A stretch of DNA of 64,000 bases from Candidatus Poribacteria bacterium (GTDB lineage Bacteria > Poribacteria > WGA-4E > WGA-3G). The number at the start of each line of letters is the position of its first letter. The first letter of the stretch is position 1. This document shows positions 9,964 through 21,232 of this stretch, piece after piece. Under the pieces are notes generated by a model. It ran no database searches, was not told the DNA's origin, and saw only the letters and a list, made by a program, of their open reading frames with translations. The stretch lies in the NCBI GenBank assembly GCA_965205025.1, contig CBDBFU010000009.1, positions 64,001 to 128,000 of the forward strand, written 5' to 3'. A program made the translations under genes and the position numbers.

Positions 9964-11355
9964 ATGGAAACAAGAATTGAGAAGGATAGTTTAGGGGATG
10001 TAGAAGTTCCAGAGTCAGCATATTGGGGTCCACAGACACAACGTGCATTTCTTAATTTCGATATAGGTAATGAACAATTTCCACCAATATTCATCCAAGC
10101 ACTTGCAATAATTAAACATTCCGCGGCAACAGTAAATGCAGAACTCGGTGGTATCACTGAAGAAATAGCAGATTTTATCAGTCGAGCAGCAGATGAAGTT
10201 GCTGAAGGTGGTCTGGCAGACCAGTTCCCACTTCGAATTTGGCAAACAGGAAGTGGAACACAGACACACATGAATATAAATGAAGTGATCGCCAATAGAG
10301 CAAATGAATTGGCGGGGGGAAGCCGTGGAATGAAATCGCCTGTACATCCCAATGACCATGTGAATCGTTCTCAATCAACCAATGATGTATTTCCAACTGC
10401 AATTCACATTGCAGTGGTTACACAGATTCTTAAACGACTACTACCGGCTGTTCAATTGTTACAGGAAGCATTAGAGGAGAAATCACAGAAGTATTCAGAC
10501 ATAGTAAAGACAGGCAGGACACATCTGATGGATGCAACACCTCTAACATTAGGGCAAGTCTTCAGTGGATATGTTCAACAGGTGAAACATGCACAGGAAG
10601 CAATTAAGAGTACTTTATCCCATCTGTATGAACTGCCTATTGGTGGTACAGCAGTAGGAACTGGTTTAAATTCACATCCTGATTATGCTTCCTCTGTTGC
10701 TCAGCGTATTGCGGAACGTACAGGTCACCCGTTCATCACAGCACCAAATAAGTTTGAGGCATTGGGAAGTCGAGATGCTCTTGTATCTGCAAGTGGAGCA
10801 TTGAAACGTCTTGCATGTGCATTGTATAAAATTGCTAACGACATACGGTTGCTCGGAAGTGGTCCACGGTGTGGAATTGGTGAATTGATATTACCCGAGA
10901 ATGAACCGGGAAGTTCAATTATGCCGGGTAAAGTGAATCCAACTCAGTGTGAAGCTATGACAATGGTATGTGCACAGGTAATTGGAAATGATACTACAAT
11001 CTCGCTGGCTGGTAGTGCCGGTAATTTTGAATTGAATGTATTTATGCCTGTGATAGCCTTTAATAGTCTTCAATCTATTCGATTGTTATCGGATGCGTGT
11101 GATGCTTTCAGAGAACATTGTGTTGTCGGCATTGAGGCAAACGAACCAGTGATTGCTGGGTATCTTGAAGCATCTTTGATGTTGGTTACTGCGTTAACAC
11201 CACGTATAGGTTATGATGCCGCAGCTAAGTTGGCACAGAAGGCACATCGGGAAGGATCAACATTACGTGAAGTCGCTCTTGAGGACGGTGTATTGACAGG
11301 AGAGGAATTCGATTCATTGGTGATTCCAGGTGATATGGTAACACCCAATCTATAA
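9964..11355 (+). CDS. fumC: fumarate hydratase class II
   Basis: [34 protein letters not shown]. Confidence 0.97.
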   Translation: METRIEKDSLGDVEVPESAYWGPQTQRAFLNFDIGNEQFPPIFIQALAIIKHSAATVNAELGGITEEIADFISRAADEVAEGGLADQFPLRIWQTGSGTQTHMNINEVIANRANELAGGSRGMKSPVHPNDHVNRSQSTNDVFPTAIHIAVVTQILKRLLPAVQLLQEALEEKSQKYSDIVKTGRTHLMDATPLTLGQVFSGYVQQVKHAQEAIKSTLSHLYELPIGGTAVGTGLNSHPDYASSVAQRIAERTGHPFITAPNKFEALGSRDALVSASGALKRLACALYKIANDIRLLGSGPRCGIGELILPENEPGSSIMPGKVNPTQCEAMTMVCAQVIGNDTTISLAGSAGNFELNVFMPVIAFNSLQSIRLLSDACDAFREHCVVGIEANEPVIAGYLEASLMLVTALTPRIGYDAAAKLAQKAHREGSTLREVALEDGVLTGEEFDSLVIPGDMVTPNL

Positions 11356-11437
11356 TTGAATAGTTGTGAGTTGAGTAAACACTGAATATCGTCAAAGAAA
11401 TTGATAGTATACCAATTTCCTACGAATAATGTCTTAA

Positions 11438-11484
11438 TATAAAAATGCGTTCAATAGCAATTTACTATTGAACGCATTTTTATA
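11438..11484. terminator. bidirectional intrinsic terminator between convergent fumC and rpoC
   Basis: Perfect 20-bp inverted repeat TATAAAAATGCGTTCAATAG / CTATTGAACGCATTTTTATA with A/T tracts. Confidence 0.8.
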
Positions 11485-11505
11485 TAATATGTATGAAGTC
11501 AGAGA

Positions 11506-14500
11506 TTATTCTTCAAGTTGTATGATCTCTTCAGGTACCTGGATTTCATCAAGATCTGATTCTTCAATACCATCTTTGGAAACTTCCAGCTCCAGCCAAC
11601 TTGAGAATCCAGTACCTGCCGGAATTAATCGTCCAAGGATGACGTTTTCCTTCAGACCTGTAAGGTAATCGGTCTGTCCTTCAACAGCAGCATCTGTAAG
11701 AACTTTCGTTGACTGCTGGAAACTTGCAGCAGAAATGAAACTATCAGTACTTAAAGCTGCTTTACTAATACTCTGTAGGAGTGGTTCACCTGTTGCAGGT
11801 GTACCACCTTCATCTGCTACACGTCTATTTTCAGCATGGAACCTACGTCGACTAACCTCATCGTTAGCATAAAATCTGGTATCTCCAATCGTAAGAATAC
11901 GGATTTTCTGTAGCATTTGTCGGACAATTACTTCGACGTGTTTATCATTGATGATATTCTTACCGTAGACAGTCTGAACTTCATCAACAAGATATGTCCA
12001 TACTGCCTCTTCACCTTCAAGTGAAACTCCGTTGATATTTGCTCTACCGATACTAAGTATATCGTGTGGATTCAGATATCCATCCGTTAAGGGTTGTCCA
12101 GCTTCGACAATGTCACCAGCATCAACACGTCGTTTTTCATCGGGGATCGAGTAAAGGCGACTTTTGGCTGCATCATCAACAATCCGATACTGTGGAACAC
12201 CAGCTTTTTGACCCGTTAGCTGCAATTCCCCAGCAATCTCGGCGATTTCAGCTGCATCTTCACGTTTTGGACGTCGTGCTTCAAAAAGCTCAGTCACCCG
12301 TGGTATCCCTACGACAATGTCAAGGTTCGTAGTTTTCTCGTGTAATTCTGCTAACCCGTGTTGTGCATTCACCTTTTCCCCATCTTCAACAGAAACAGAA
12401 TATCCGGCTGGGATAAGGTGTGAAACGCGTCCTCCACCTTCAACGTCAATATCAATCCTGAAGGTTTCAATCAACTCATCAACATCAACACCACCATACT
12501 GTTCTATGGCTCTCTCAAATTCCCAATCGTTTAACTCTTGGCCAACAGTAAGTGTACAGTTTGGATGAATTACCTTTGTAATTTCATAGGTGTTTTTTGA
12601 GGTTAGTGCTGATTTAGCCTTGTAATCAGCATCACTTAAAATTTCATCTTTAGTAACCTCAGATCCAGAGTCGTTAACTGCCGTGACTTTATACACGCGA
12701 TCAGTATCAAAACCCTTATAAAGACGTTGTGCCTTCTTGTATTCATTCTCATCAATTTCCTGTTGTGGGACAAGTGCACAATCTTCATGATGAACAGCAA
12801 GGATCAAATAAAAACGTTGGATCTCAGGCAATGGTGTTTCTGTGTCTCTATGGTGTTTGACGAGAGCTTTGTGATCTGTCTCAGTCAATACTTCCTCTGT
12901 ATCAGCTCCTTCAGGGGTATACTTGTAAAGTTTCTCAAAATCAAAGCCTTTATAGCTTCTTCTGAATCGATTGGATTCAGACTGAGTAATAACCTCATCA
13001 ACAGCTACAGGAAAATCAGGATGATGAATAGCAGAAACTTTATAAAGCCGTTCAACCTCAAATGCTCCTTCGTTCTTAGTAATGTTAACTTCAAATCCAG
13101 GAAATTCCTTAAGAACAGCCTTTTTCTCATTCTCGGTGAGGAGCGTATCGGTTTCTAACTTACAATTTGGATGATACACAGAGGTTATACGATATTTAAG
13201 ACGTTCAGCAGAGAATCCACCGAATTTATCTTTGAGGGAATCATAGTTGTCTTGTTCAATCAATTCACCAGGTTTGAGCGGACATTCACTATGTGATATT
13301 TCTGATACACGATACAGTTCATTACTTAAAAGCGATACTTCAAACGCCTTTTCATTTAGGAATCTATCTCTATATTCCGACTCAGATAATTGTTGTCCGA
13401 CAGTCAGATCAACCCCATCAGATACTTCTGTAACTGTGCGTACTGGATCCCCGAGTTCAAGATGATATTGACTTTCCTCTTCAGGGGTTAACAAGTGTCC
13501 TTCCTTAAATGGACAACTTGTATGGGTAATAGTCTGAATTTCATATCTCATCTCAGCGTTAAGGGTGTTCTGTTTCCGTAAGTATTCACTTTCGGTGAGG
13601 ATATCACCCGATGTGGTTCGATATACCCATTTTCCATCGAAAGGTCGAATCTCAGTTTTCCATTTTTCAGCTTCAGTCTCAGTCACTAATGTACCCTCCT
13701 TCAGAGAACTTTCAGGGTGCATTACCCGTATCACAGGATACTGAGGTTCGGAACAACGGAATAGAGCAAATCGATGTAAACAGGCATTATACTCTTGATC
13801 TGTAAGATACTGTCCTTCCTGTAAGGCAAATCCTTCCCCACTATTAGCCTCAATTACATCTGGACGATTTACGGCTTCAATTACCCGTGTAATGGGTACC
13901 ACCTCAAAACCAGGATAACGCTCCTTGTTCTCCTCATGCTGCTTAATAGTAAGTAGTTCATTCGGTTGGAGTTTACAGTCAGGATGTTCAACTGTCTTCA
14001 CTTTATAGTTTGCTTGGTCAAGATGATCAGCAACTTTTTGAACAATCCAGAGTCCACCTTCTTCACGGACTGTCCTCCCAGGTATAAAATCACGAAAGCG
14101 AACAACACCAGATGCTTTAGCAGGGATCTTCCGGGCAAGACGTTCACTCACATCTTCAACCACACCACCCGTATGAAATGTTCGCATTGTTAACTGTGTT
14201 CCTGGTTCCCCGATTGATTGTGCAGCAATAATTCCGATTGCTTCACCAACATTAACCATTTGTCCTGATGTTAAATCAGAACCGTAACAATGAGCACAAG
14301 ATCCCTTTTCGGTCTCACAGGTAAGTATAGATCTAACACGAACACTGGAGACTTCAGCATCTTCTATTATTTGCGCCATTTGAGGTGTAATCATTGTATC
14401 ACTTTCGACAAGAACTTCATCAGTAGTAGGATGAACTACATCCTCAACTGCCACACGACCACTGATTTTAAATCCTATTGATCCGGCACTCGTAGTGAAT

Positions 14501-17109
14501 TTTTGGATACCATGAACCGTTCCGCAATTTTCCTCTGTTATCATTACATCTTGTGCCACATCAACGAGTTTACGGGTGAGATAACCAGATGCAGCGGTTT
14601 TCATTGCTGTATCAACTAACCCTTTACGGGAGCCGTAGGTAGAAGTAAAGTAATCCAGTACATCTAATCCTTCTCTATAAGAAGATTCAATCGGAGTTGA
14701 CAGGATTTCACCGCTCTGCTTGGATTTCAATCCAACAATAGCACTGATTTGAATAAATGGATTCTTACGTGCTCTGGCACCACTATCCGCCATAAGATGC
14801 ACTGGACTAAATCCTTCCACATCCTTACCTTGTTCAACCAGATAACTTTCCGTGGCAGGAAGTTGACCAAATAAATCCTCCTCAATCTTTATAGTAGCAT
14901 CGAACCAAATACGAATTTTTTCATTCTCTAATTCTTCTGGTTCGAGGTTCTCCTGTTTATAGAGTTTATCAATAGCATTCCGGGCATCAGTCAGTATCTC
15001 GGTCTTATGATCAGGTACAAGGTAATCCTTAATACCTGGTGAAATTCCGCTTCGAGTTGCATACTCAAAACTAAGTTTCTGTAACCGATCTAATAATGAA
15101 ACAGTTTCTGAAGTTCCAAGTTCGTTAAAACAACGTTGAACAAGATCCGATAACCTTCTACTCCGTGCTTCCTCATTAAAGAATGGTATTTCAAGTCCGG
15201 TGATTTCATCTTTCCATTTTAGTGATGCTGTACCATTCGTATGGGGGAGTACTTCGTTAAATATGACACGACCAACAGTTGTTAATATAGGTTCACTATT
15301 TCCTTCAAAGAAGAGAAGAATTGAATCGTGTAATTTTATCGTTCCACATCCATGTGCATGTGTCACCTCATCAACAGATGTAAACCGTCGTTTTGCCCAT
15401 TCCTCGTTTTCTAATGAGGAGAAGATTTTCTTTGATTCAGAACCATTAGTAAGTTCCGTATAAGCAGAATGTAGTAATTCTGCACGCTCAAGATGTTCTG
15501 GAAGTTGTTTGGTAAGAAAACTTGCCCCCAATATCATATCAAGTTCAGGTACTGTAATAGGTTCACCATGGGAAGGTTTCAGTATATTACTACTACTAAG
15601 TAACAACATCTTTGCTTCAGTTCGTGCTTCAATTGACAGTGGTACATGTACAGCCATCTGATCACCATCAAAATCAGCATTAAAAGCTTTACAAACAAGA
15701 GGAGGAATCCGGATAGATTTGCCTTCAACAAGAACAGGCATGAATGCCTGAATACCCAGACGATGGAGTGTTGGAGGACGGTTCAGTAACACAGGATGAT
15801 CCGCAATAACTTCTTCTAATGCTTCCCACACCGGGGAGTCGGGGGTGACGTGTTCAGTCATGTTCTTCCCACGTTTAATAGTTTGAACATGTCCGTCTGC
15901 TAAGAGTTTCTCAATAATGAAGGGTTTAAAGAGTTCTACTGCCATTAACTTTGGAATACCACATTGATGCAACTCTAATTCAGGTCCAACAACAATAACA
16001 CTTCTACCAGAATAGTCAACACGTTTCCCAAGTAAGTTCTGACGGAATCGACCAACTTTACCTTTAAGTATGTCCGATAGTGACTTGAGGGCACGCTTAC
16101 CAGGACCAGTGACGCGACGACCATGTCTCCCATTATCCAAAAACGCATCAACGGATTCTTGTAACATCCGTTTCTCATTCCGTAGAATAACCTCCGGTGA
16201 ACGTAAGTCAATCAGTTTTTGTAATCGGTTATTCCTATTAATCACACGACGATACAAGTCATTGAGATCACTTGTAGCGAATCTTCCACCTTCGAGTGAA
16301 ACTAATGGGCGTAGGTCAGGACTTATGACAGGTAGTACGTCAAGAATCATCCACTCAGGCTGCATCTCTGCTTTATCAAAACCTGCTACCATTTTTAATT
16401 GTTTTGAGAGTTTTACTTTCTTCTGATGGCTTGAGGTCTCTTCAATCTCTTGAGTAAATTTCTCTACATCCTCAGGTAAGTCAATCTTCTGAAGAAGTTC
16501 TTGAATTGCCTCTGCTCCTGTAGCTGCTTTGAATGTATCAGGATGTTTTTGCATTTTAGCATTCATCTCTTGTTCTGTGAGAATATCTTTATGTTCCAAT
16601 TCACAACTATCATCCATAACTTCTGTTACGATAAATGCTTCAAAGTATAAAACACGTTCAACTTGGCGAGAAGCAAGTTCAAGGAATGTCCCAAGTCGTG
16701 AAGGAATACCTTTGAAAAACCATATATGTGAAACTGGGGTGGCAAGTTTGATATAACCAAGCCGTTCTCGTCGAACTTGTGATTTAGTCACCTCAACCCC
16801 ACATTGATCACAAATTAGTCCTTTATGCTTAATTCGCTTGTATTTACCACAACTACACTCAAAATCTTTTTGTGGACCGAAGGTCGCTTCACAAAATAAA
16901 CCTTGGTGTTCTGGTCGGAAACTTCGATAATTAATTGTCTCTGCCTTCTTAATTTCACCACAATCACATGTACCTTTTTCAGGACAAGACCATGTTTCAC
17001 TTGCTGGATTCCGTCGTTTACAGGATGTGCGTTTTGCCCAATCTCTAATTGTTTCGGGTGATGCGATGCTTATAGAGATACGATTAAAACGGTTTTCTTT
17101 GTCTGCCAT
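11506..17109 (-). CDS. rpoC: RNA polymerase beta' subunit (1867 aa, large trigger-loop insertion)
   Basis: NADFDGD, Zn-finger CSCGKYK..CDQC, GEPGTQLTMRTFH, GLKENVILGRLIPAGTG. Confidence 0.98.
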   Translation of the reverse strand: MADKENRFNRISISIASPETIRDWAKRTSCKRRNPASETWSCPEKGTCDCGEIKKAETINYRSFRPEHQGLFCEATFGPQKDFECSCGKYKRIKHKGLICDQCGVEVTKSQVRRERLGYIKLATPVSHIWFFKGIPSRLGTFLELASRQVERVLYFEAFIVTEVMDDSCELEHKDILTEQEMNAKMQKHPDTFKAATGAEAIQELLQKIDLPEDVEKFTQEIEETSSHQKKVKLSKQLKMVAGFDKAEMQPEWMILDVLPVISPDLRPLVSLEGGRFATSDLNDLYRRVINRNNRLQKLIDLRSPEVILRNEKRMLQESVDAFLDNGRHGRRVTGPGKRALKSLSDILKGKVGRFRQNLLGKRVDYSGRSVIVVGPELELHQCGIPKLMAVELFKPFIIEKLLADGHVQTIKRGKNMTEHVTPDSPVWEALEEVIADHPVLLNRPPTLHRLGIQAFMPVLVEGKSIRIPPLVCKAFNADFDGDQMAVHVPLSIEARTEAKMLLLSSSNILKPSHGEPITVPELDMILGASFLTKQLPEHLERAELLHSAYTELTNGSESKKIFSSLENEEWAKRRFTSVDEVTHAHGCGTIKLHDSILLFFEGNSEPILTTVGRVIFNEVLPHTNGTASLKWKDEITGLEIPFFNEEARSRRLSDLVQRCFNELGTSETVSLLDRLQKLSFEYATRSGISPGIKDYLVPDHKTEILTDARNAIDKLYKQENLEPEELENEKIRIWFDATIKIEEDLFGQLPATESYLVEQGKDVEGFSPVHLMADSGARARKNPFIQISAIVGLKSKQSGEILSTPIESSYREGLDVLDYFTSTYGSRKGLVDTAMKTAASGYLTRKLVDVAQDVMITEENCGTVHGIQKFTTSAGSIGFKISGRVAVEDVVHPTTDEVLVESDTMITPQMAQIIEDAEVSSVRVRSILTCETEKGSCAHCYGSDLTSGQMVNVGEAIGIIAAQSIGEPGTQLTMRTFHTGGVVEDVSERLARKIPAKASGVVRFRDFIPGRTVREEGGLWIVQKVADHLDQANYKVKTVEHPDCKLQPNELLTIKQHEENKERYPGFEVVPITRVIEAVNRPDVIEANSGEGFALQEGQYLTDQEYNACLHRFALFRCSEPQYPVIRVMHPESSLKEGTLVTETEAEKWKTEIRPFDGKWVYRTTSGDILTESEYLRKQNTLNAEMRYEIQTITHTSCPFKEGHLLTPEEESQYHLELGDPVRTVTEVSDGVDLTVGQQLSESEYRDRFLNEKAFEVSLLSNELYRVSEISHSECPLKPGELIEQDNYDSLKDKFGGFSAERLKYRITSVYHPNCKLETDTLLTENEKKAVLKEFPGFEVNITKNEGAFEVERLYKVSAIHHPDFPVAVDEVITQSESNRFRRSYKGFDFEKLYKYTPEGADTEEVLTETDHKALVKHHRDTETPLPEIQRFYLILAVHHEDCALVPQQEIDENEYKKAQRLYKGFDTDRVYKVTAVNDSGSEVTKDEILSDADYKAKSALTSKNTYEITKVIHPNCTLTVGQELNDWEFERAIEQYGGVDVDELIETFRIDIDVEGGGRVSHLIPAGYSVSVEDGEKVNAQHGLAELHEKTTNLDIVVGIPRVTELFEARRPKREDAAEIAEIAGELQLTGQKAGVPQYRIVDDAAKSRLYSIPDEKRRVDAGDIVEAGQPLTDGYLNPHDILSIGRANINGVSLEGEEAVWTYLVDEVQTVYGKNIINDKHVEVIVRQMLQKIRILTIGDTRFYANDEVSRRRFHAENRRVADEGGTPATGEPLLQSISKAALSTDSFISAASFQQSTKVLTDAAVEGQTDYLTGLKENVILGRLIPAGTGFSSWLELEVSKDGIEESDLDEIQVPEEIIQLEE

Positions 17110-17209
17110 TCTTATGCTCCTTTAATGGTTGGGGGTGCAATGGTTATCGGTACTCAATATTATAGAATCAGTTTAAAAAGAAAAATTAACATCTACTGAT
17201 TACCGATAA

Positions 17210-20200
17210 CTATTCGGTATCGTCGGTATCCCAAGTAAGTTTAAGAGGGGGTTCATCATCAACAGGTTCCATCGTATCTACCGTATGTAAGATTGGTAGA
17301 CCCGACTCATGAAGAGCTGCTTGGATTGAATCAAGCTCTGACGGGTTACCTTCAGATAATTCAACATTTAATCCAAGACTTTGAAGTTCTCTAACTAACA
17401 CATTGAAGGACTCTGGTGTACCGGGTTTCAATGGGCTTTGACCTTTGACAATTGATTCGTAGATTTTAGTCCTACCCTTAACATCATCCGATTTGATGGT
17501 CAACATTTCTTGAAGGGTATGTGCAGCACCGTATGCTTCTAATGCCCATACTTCCATTTCACCAAGACGTTGTCCTCCGTGTTGTGCTTTCCCACCGAGG
17601 GGTTGTTGTGTTACTAAGGAGTATGGACCCGTCGAACGGGCATGCATCTTATCTGCAACAAGGTGGTTCAGTTTCAGGAAATAGACATAACCAACTGTTA
17701 CTTCCTGTCCAAACGCGTCACCTGTACGTCCATCGTATAGAACACTTTTACCAGTTTTCTTGACGCTCTCAAGTAATTCTGTATCTTCTAACATCTTAAA
17801 CACTTCTGCTTCTGTAGCCCCATCAAATACAGGAGACGCCACATAATAACCGAGTTCTTTACATGCTAATCCTAAATGAATTTCAAGGATTTGACCAACA
17901 TTCATGCGTGATGGAACTCCGAGAGGATTCAAGACAATATCAACAGGTGTGCCATCAGGAAGATATGGCATATCTTCTTCAGGTAGAATCTTGGCAACAA
18001 CACCTTTATTTCCGTATCGTCCAGCCATTTTATCACCGATGGATATTGGACGTCTGCTTGCAACATATACTTTTACGAGTTTCAAAACACCGGGTTTTAG
18101 TTCTTCACCGGAGGTAAGTTTTTCTAATGCCTCCTCTTTTTCATCCGTATATGCTTTTTCCCGTCCGACAGCGAGTTCTTGCAGACTTTTAATATAATCA
18201 ACAGTTTCAGTATCTGTAATCTGAAGCGTTTCAAGTTGCTTTTGTGATAACCCCTCAAGAAAATCACGTGTCAGTATATCTCCAGCCTCTAATTGCTGAG
18301 GTGAGTCAGATTTTTCGGTATCTTCAGGTTCATCATCATAAAGGATAGTTGTAGGATACGCCAACTCTTTGTTTAGCAAAGAGTCGCGCATCTCCTCTGT
18401 TAAACGATCTGAAATCTGTTGACGCTGTTCTTCCCAGGTCTGTTCAATTTGCTTACGGAGTGAATCTTGCCGTAGGGCAGTTCTGTCACTATTGGGTGTC
18501 GCTTGTCGTGAAAAGACTTTCACATCAATTACAACACCTTCGACACCCGGGCGTGTGTAGGCAGAAGCATCTTTTACTTCTTTTGATTTTTCACCAAATA
18601 TAGCACGTAGAAGTTTTTCTTCGGGTCCTGTCTCACTTTCACCTTTAGGAGAGATTTTACCTACCAGGATACTGCCCGTTCCTACAACACTACCTATCCT
18701 TATAATACCTTCGTCATCAAGCTGTGCCAGACTCCGTGCTGACATGTTAGGAATATCTCTGGTAATCTCTTCATCACCCATTTTTGTTTGCCTGGCCGCG
18801 ACTTCAAATTCTTCAATATGGATAGAGGTGAATGTATCCTGCTTTATAAGAGATTCACTGATAAGTATTGAATCCTCAAAGTTATGTCCACCCCACGGCA
18901 TATAAGCACATAAGATATTCCGTCCAAGTGCCAGTTCCCCACCTTCCGTTGCTGTGCCATCTGCAATGACATCTCCAGTTTCAACAACATCTCCAATATT
19001 CACACGTGGACGCTGATGAATACAAGTACCACTATTACTACGTTTGAAGTTTTTTAGTTTATAAACATCATAACCCATTTCACTGAAAGCATGTTCACCT
19101 TCTTCAACATGGAGTGCTTGTCCAGTTCGGATGAGTATTTCTTCTGCGTCAACGCTTGAAACAACACCACCCCGATGTGCGATAACCATTGCATTCGCAT
19201 CACGTGCAGCACGATGTTCCATTCCTGTACCCACCCATGGTGCTTCAGGGCTGATCAAGGGTACAGCTTGTCTTTGGTGGTTAGCACCCATCAATGCACG
19301 GTTAGCATCTTCGTGTTCAAGAAATGGAACAAGAGCAGCGGAAACACCAACGATCTGTTGCGGGGCAATACCTACATAATCTATCTCTTTCAGATCTCGT
19401 TCAAGCACCTCTTCACCCTTACGACTGCGAACAGGAACGTCTTTTTTACGGGCAGGGATAGCGTCAGCCGGTGCAATATGGAACTTGTCCTCAGCATCTG
19501 CTGTTAGATACTCAACATTTTGAGTAATTTTACCATTGCTAACTGTACGATACGGTGTTTCTAAAAAACCGTAAGGATTAACTCTGGCAAACGTTGCTAA
19601 TGAAACTATAAGGCCGATTGATGGACCTTCAGGGGTTTCTAATGGACACACGCGACCATAATGGGTACGATGTACATCTCGAACCGCCGCAGTAGCGCGA
19701 TCTCGATGTAGTCCTCCAGGACCAATAGCTGAAATTCTTCGTTTATGCGTGAGTTCATCTAATGGGTTTATCTGTTGCATAAACTGGGAAAGTTGATTTG
19801 ATCCGAAAAACTCACGAAGCGCACTCATGAGCGGCTTTGGGTTTACTAAGTTTTTGGGATTCTTTAACTGGGCATCGGCAGTTGTGCTCAGTTTCTCACG
19901 TGCTGCCCGACGCATTTGTAACATAGCAATACGAAATTGGTTTTCAAGAAGTTCTCCAATAACACGAACTCGACGATTTCCAAGATGATCTAAATCATCA
20001 ACTTCTTTATGTCCGTTTCGAATATGCATCAGGTGTTGTAATGTGGCAGCAATATCTTCTCGACGAAGAACCCGATTTTCTTCATCAGGCAACCCTTCGG
20101 ATTCTTCCTGATATACTTCTAAATCACCCAGTTGTGAGTTGAGTTTGTATCTACCAACCGTACCTAAATCGTAACGTGCACCATCAAAAAATAATCGTTC

Positions 20201-21232
20201 AATACATGCCGATGCGGCTTCTCGTGTCGGGGCATCACCTGGGCGTAGGGTGCGAAAAATTTCAAGTAATGCACCTTCTTGCAATGTACCTCCACCATAC
20301 GCTTTGACAGTGTCACGGGACAATGTATTTCGTAAATACCGTAGTTCTTGTTCGTCGACTTCTACCAATACTTCAACCTCTGAGATTTTAGCATCGATGA
20401 GACGATCATATTCAATCTCAGACAACTTAGTGTTAGCCTCAAGTAATACTTCACCCGAATTTGAATCAACGATGGGTTCAACGATTACACGGCCTATAAC
20501 ATCTGTAGTCAACTTAACATTTTCTGTATCACCAAATAGTTTGAGGATTTCTGCATCAGTTTCCCATCCAAGCGCTCTTAAAAGTACTGTGGCTAAGATT
20601 TTCTTTTTTCTATCTAAACGTACGTGAATACAATCTTTTGAATCAAATTCAAACTCTACCCAAGCACCACGATAAGGTATAATCTGCCCTGTTGGAAGTT
20701 TTTGTACACTGGGAGCAGATTTATCAAGAAATATAACACCTGGTGATCGATGTAATTGATTTACGATAACACGTTCGGATCCATTGATTATAAATGTACC
20801 GTTCTCAGTCATCAATGGAATATCCCCAAGATACACTTCTGATTCAGTAATATCTAAAACCCGTGTTTGACCAGTGTCTTCATCTTTTTCTCGTTCAACA
20901 CACATCAGCTTGGCTTGAAGCCTAACTTGATAATTTAATCCACGTGCTTGACAATCAGATAGATCATGCGTGGGTGGACTGAGTGCGTAACTAACGAACT
21001 CAAGACTCGTTGTATCTTTAAAATCATAAATTGGAAAAACTTCTTTGAAGAGTGCTTGCAACCCTTTTGTTTCACGTTCACTTTCTGCAACATCACGCTG
21101 CAAAAATGCAGCATAGGAGCGTTTTTGGGTTTCAATTAAATCAGGTAGGTCAAGAATTGATGGGGTTTTGGCAAAGGAGATGCGCTTACGGAGAGCAGCC
21201 GGACTTCCATTATTTTTAGTAGTAGCTGGCAT
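17210..21232 (-). CDS. rpoB: RNA polymerase beta subunit
   Basis: SQLSQFM, GDKMAGRYGNKG, GQRLGEMEVWALEAYGAA. Confidence 0.98.
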   Translation of the reverse strand: MPATTKNNGSPAALRKRISFAKTPSILDLPDLIETQKRSYAAFLQRDVAESERETKGLQALFKEVFPIYDFKDTTSLEFVSYALSPPTHDLSDCQARGLNYQVRLQAKLMCVEREKDEDTGQTRVLDITESEVYLGDIPLMTENGTFIINGSERVIVNQLHRSPGVIFLDKSAPSVQKLPTGQIIPYRGAWVEFEFDSKDCIHVRLDRKKKILATVLLRALGWETDAEILKLFGDTENVKLTTDVIGRVIVEPIVDSNSGEVLLEANTKLSEIEYDRLIDAKISEVEVLVEVDEQELRYLRNTLSRDTVKAYGGGTLQEGALLEIFRTLRPGDAPTREAASACIERLFFDGARYDLGTVGRYKLNSQLGDLEVYQEESEGLPDEENRVLRREDIAATLQHLMHIRNGHKEVDDLDHLGNRRVRVIGELLENQFRIAMLQMRRAAREKLSTTADAQLKNPKNLVNPKPLMSALREFFGSNQLSQFMQQINPLDELTHKRRISAIGPGGLHRDRATAAVRDVHRTHYGRVCPLETPEGPSIGLIVSLATFARVNPYGFLETPYRTVSNGKITQNVEYLTADAEDKFHIAPADAIPARKKDVPVRSRKGEEVLERDLKEIDYVGIAPQQIVGVSAALVPFLEHEDANRALMGANHQRQAVPLISPEAPWVGTGMEHRAARDANAMVIAHRGGVVSSVDAEEILIRTGQALHVEEGEHAFSEMGYDVYKLKNFKRSNSGTCIHQRPRVNIGDVVETGDVIADGTATEGGELALGRNILCAYMPWGGHNFEDSILISESLIKQDTFTSIHIEEFEVAARQTKMGDEEITRDIPNMSARSLAQLDDEGIIRIGSVVGTGSILVGKISPKGESETGPEEKLLRAIFGEKSKEVKDASAYTRPGVEGVVIDVKVFSRQATPNSDRTALRQDSLRKQIEQTWEEQRQQISDRLTEEMRDSLLNKELAYPTTILYDDEPEDTEKSDSPQQLEAGDILTRDFLEGLSQKQLETLQITDTETVDYIKSLQELAVGREKAYTDEKEEALEKLTSGEELKPGVLKLVKVYVASRRPISIGDKMAGRYGNKGVVAKILPEEDMPYLPDGTPVDIVLNPLGVPSRMNVGQILEIHLGLACKELGYYVASPVFDGATEAEVFKMLEDTELLESVKKTGKSVLYDGRTGDAFGQEVTVGYVYFLKLNHLVADKMHARSTGPYSLVTQQPLGGKAQHGGQRLGEMEVWALEAYGAAHTLQEMLTIKSDDVKGRTKIYESIVKGQSPLKPGTPESFNVLVRELQSLGLNVELSEGNPSELDSIQAALHESGLPILHTVDTMEPVDDEPPLKLTWDTDDTE

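Noticed and set aside
12325-14160. Intein in rpoC
   Set aside because: No C/S start with HN-C/S/T end and no LAGLIDADG motifs; the insert is a repeat array at the SI3 position.
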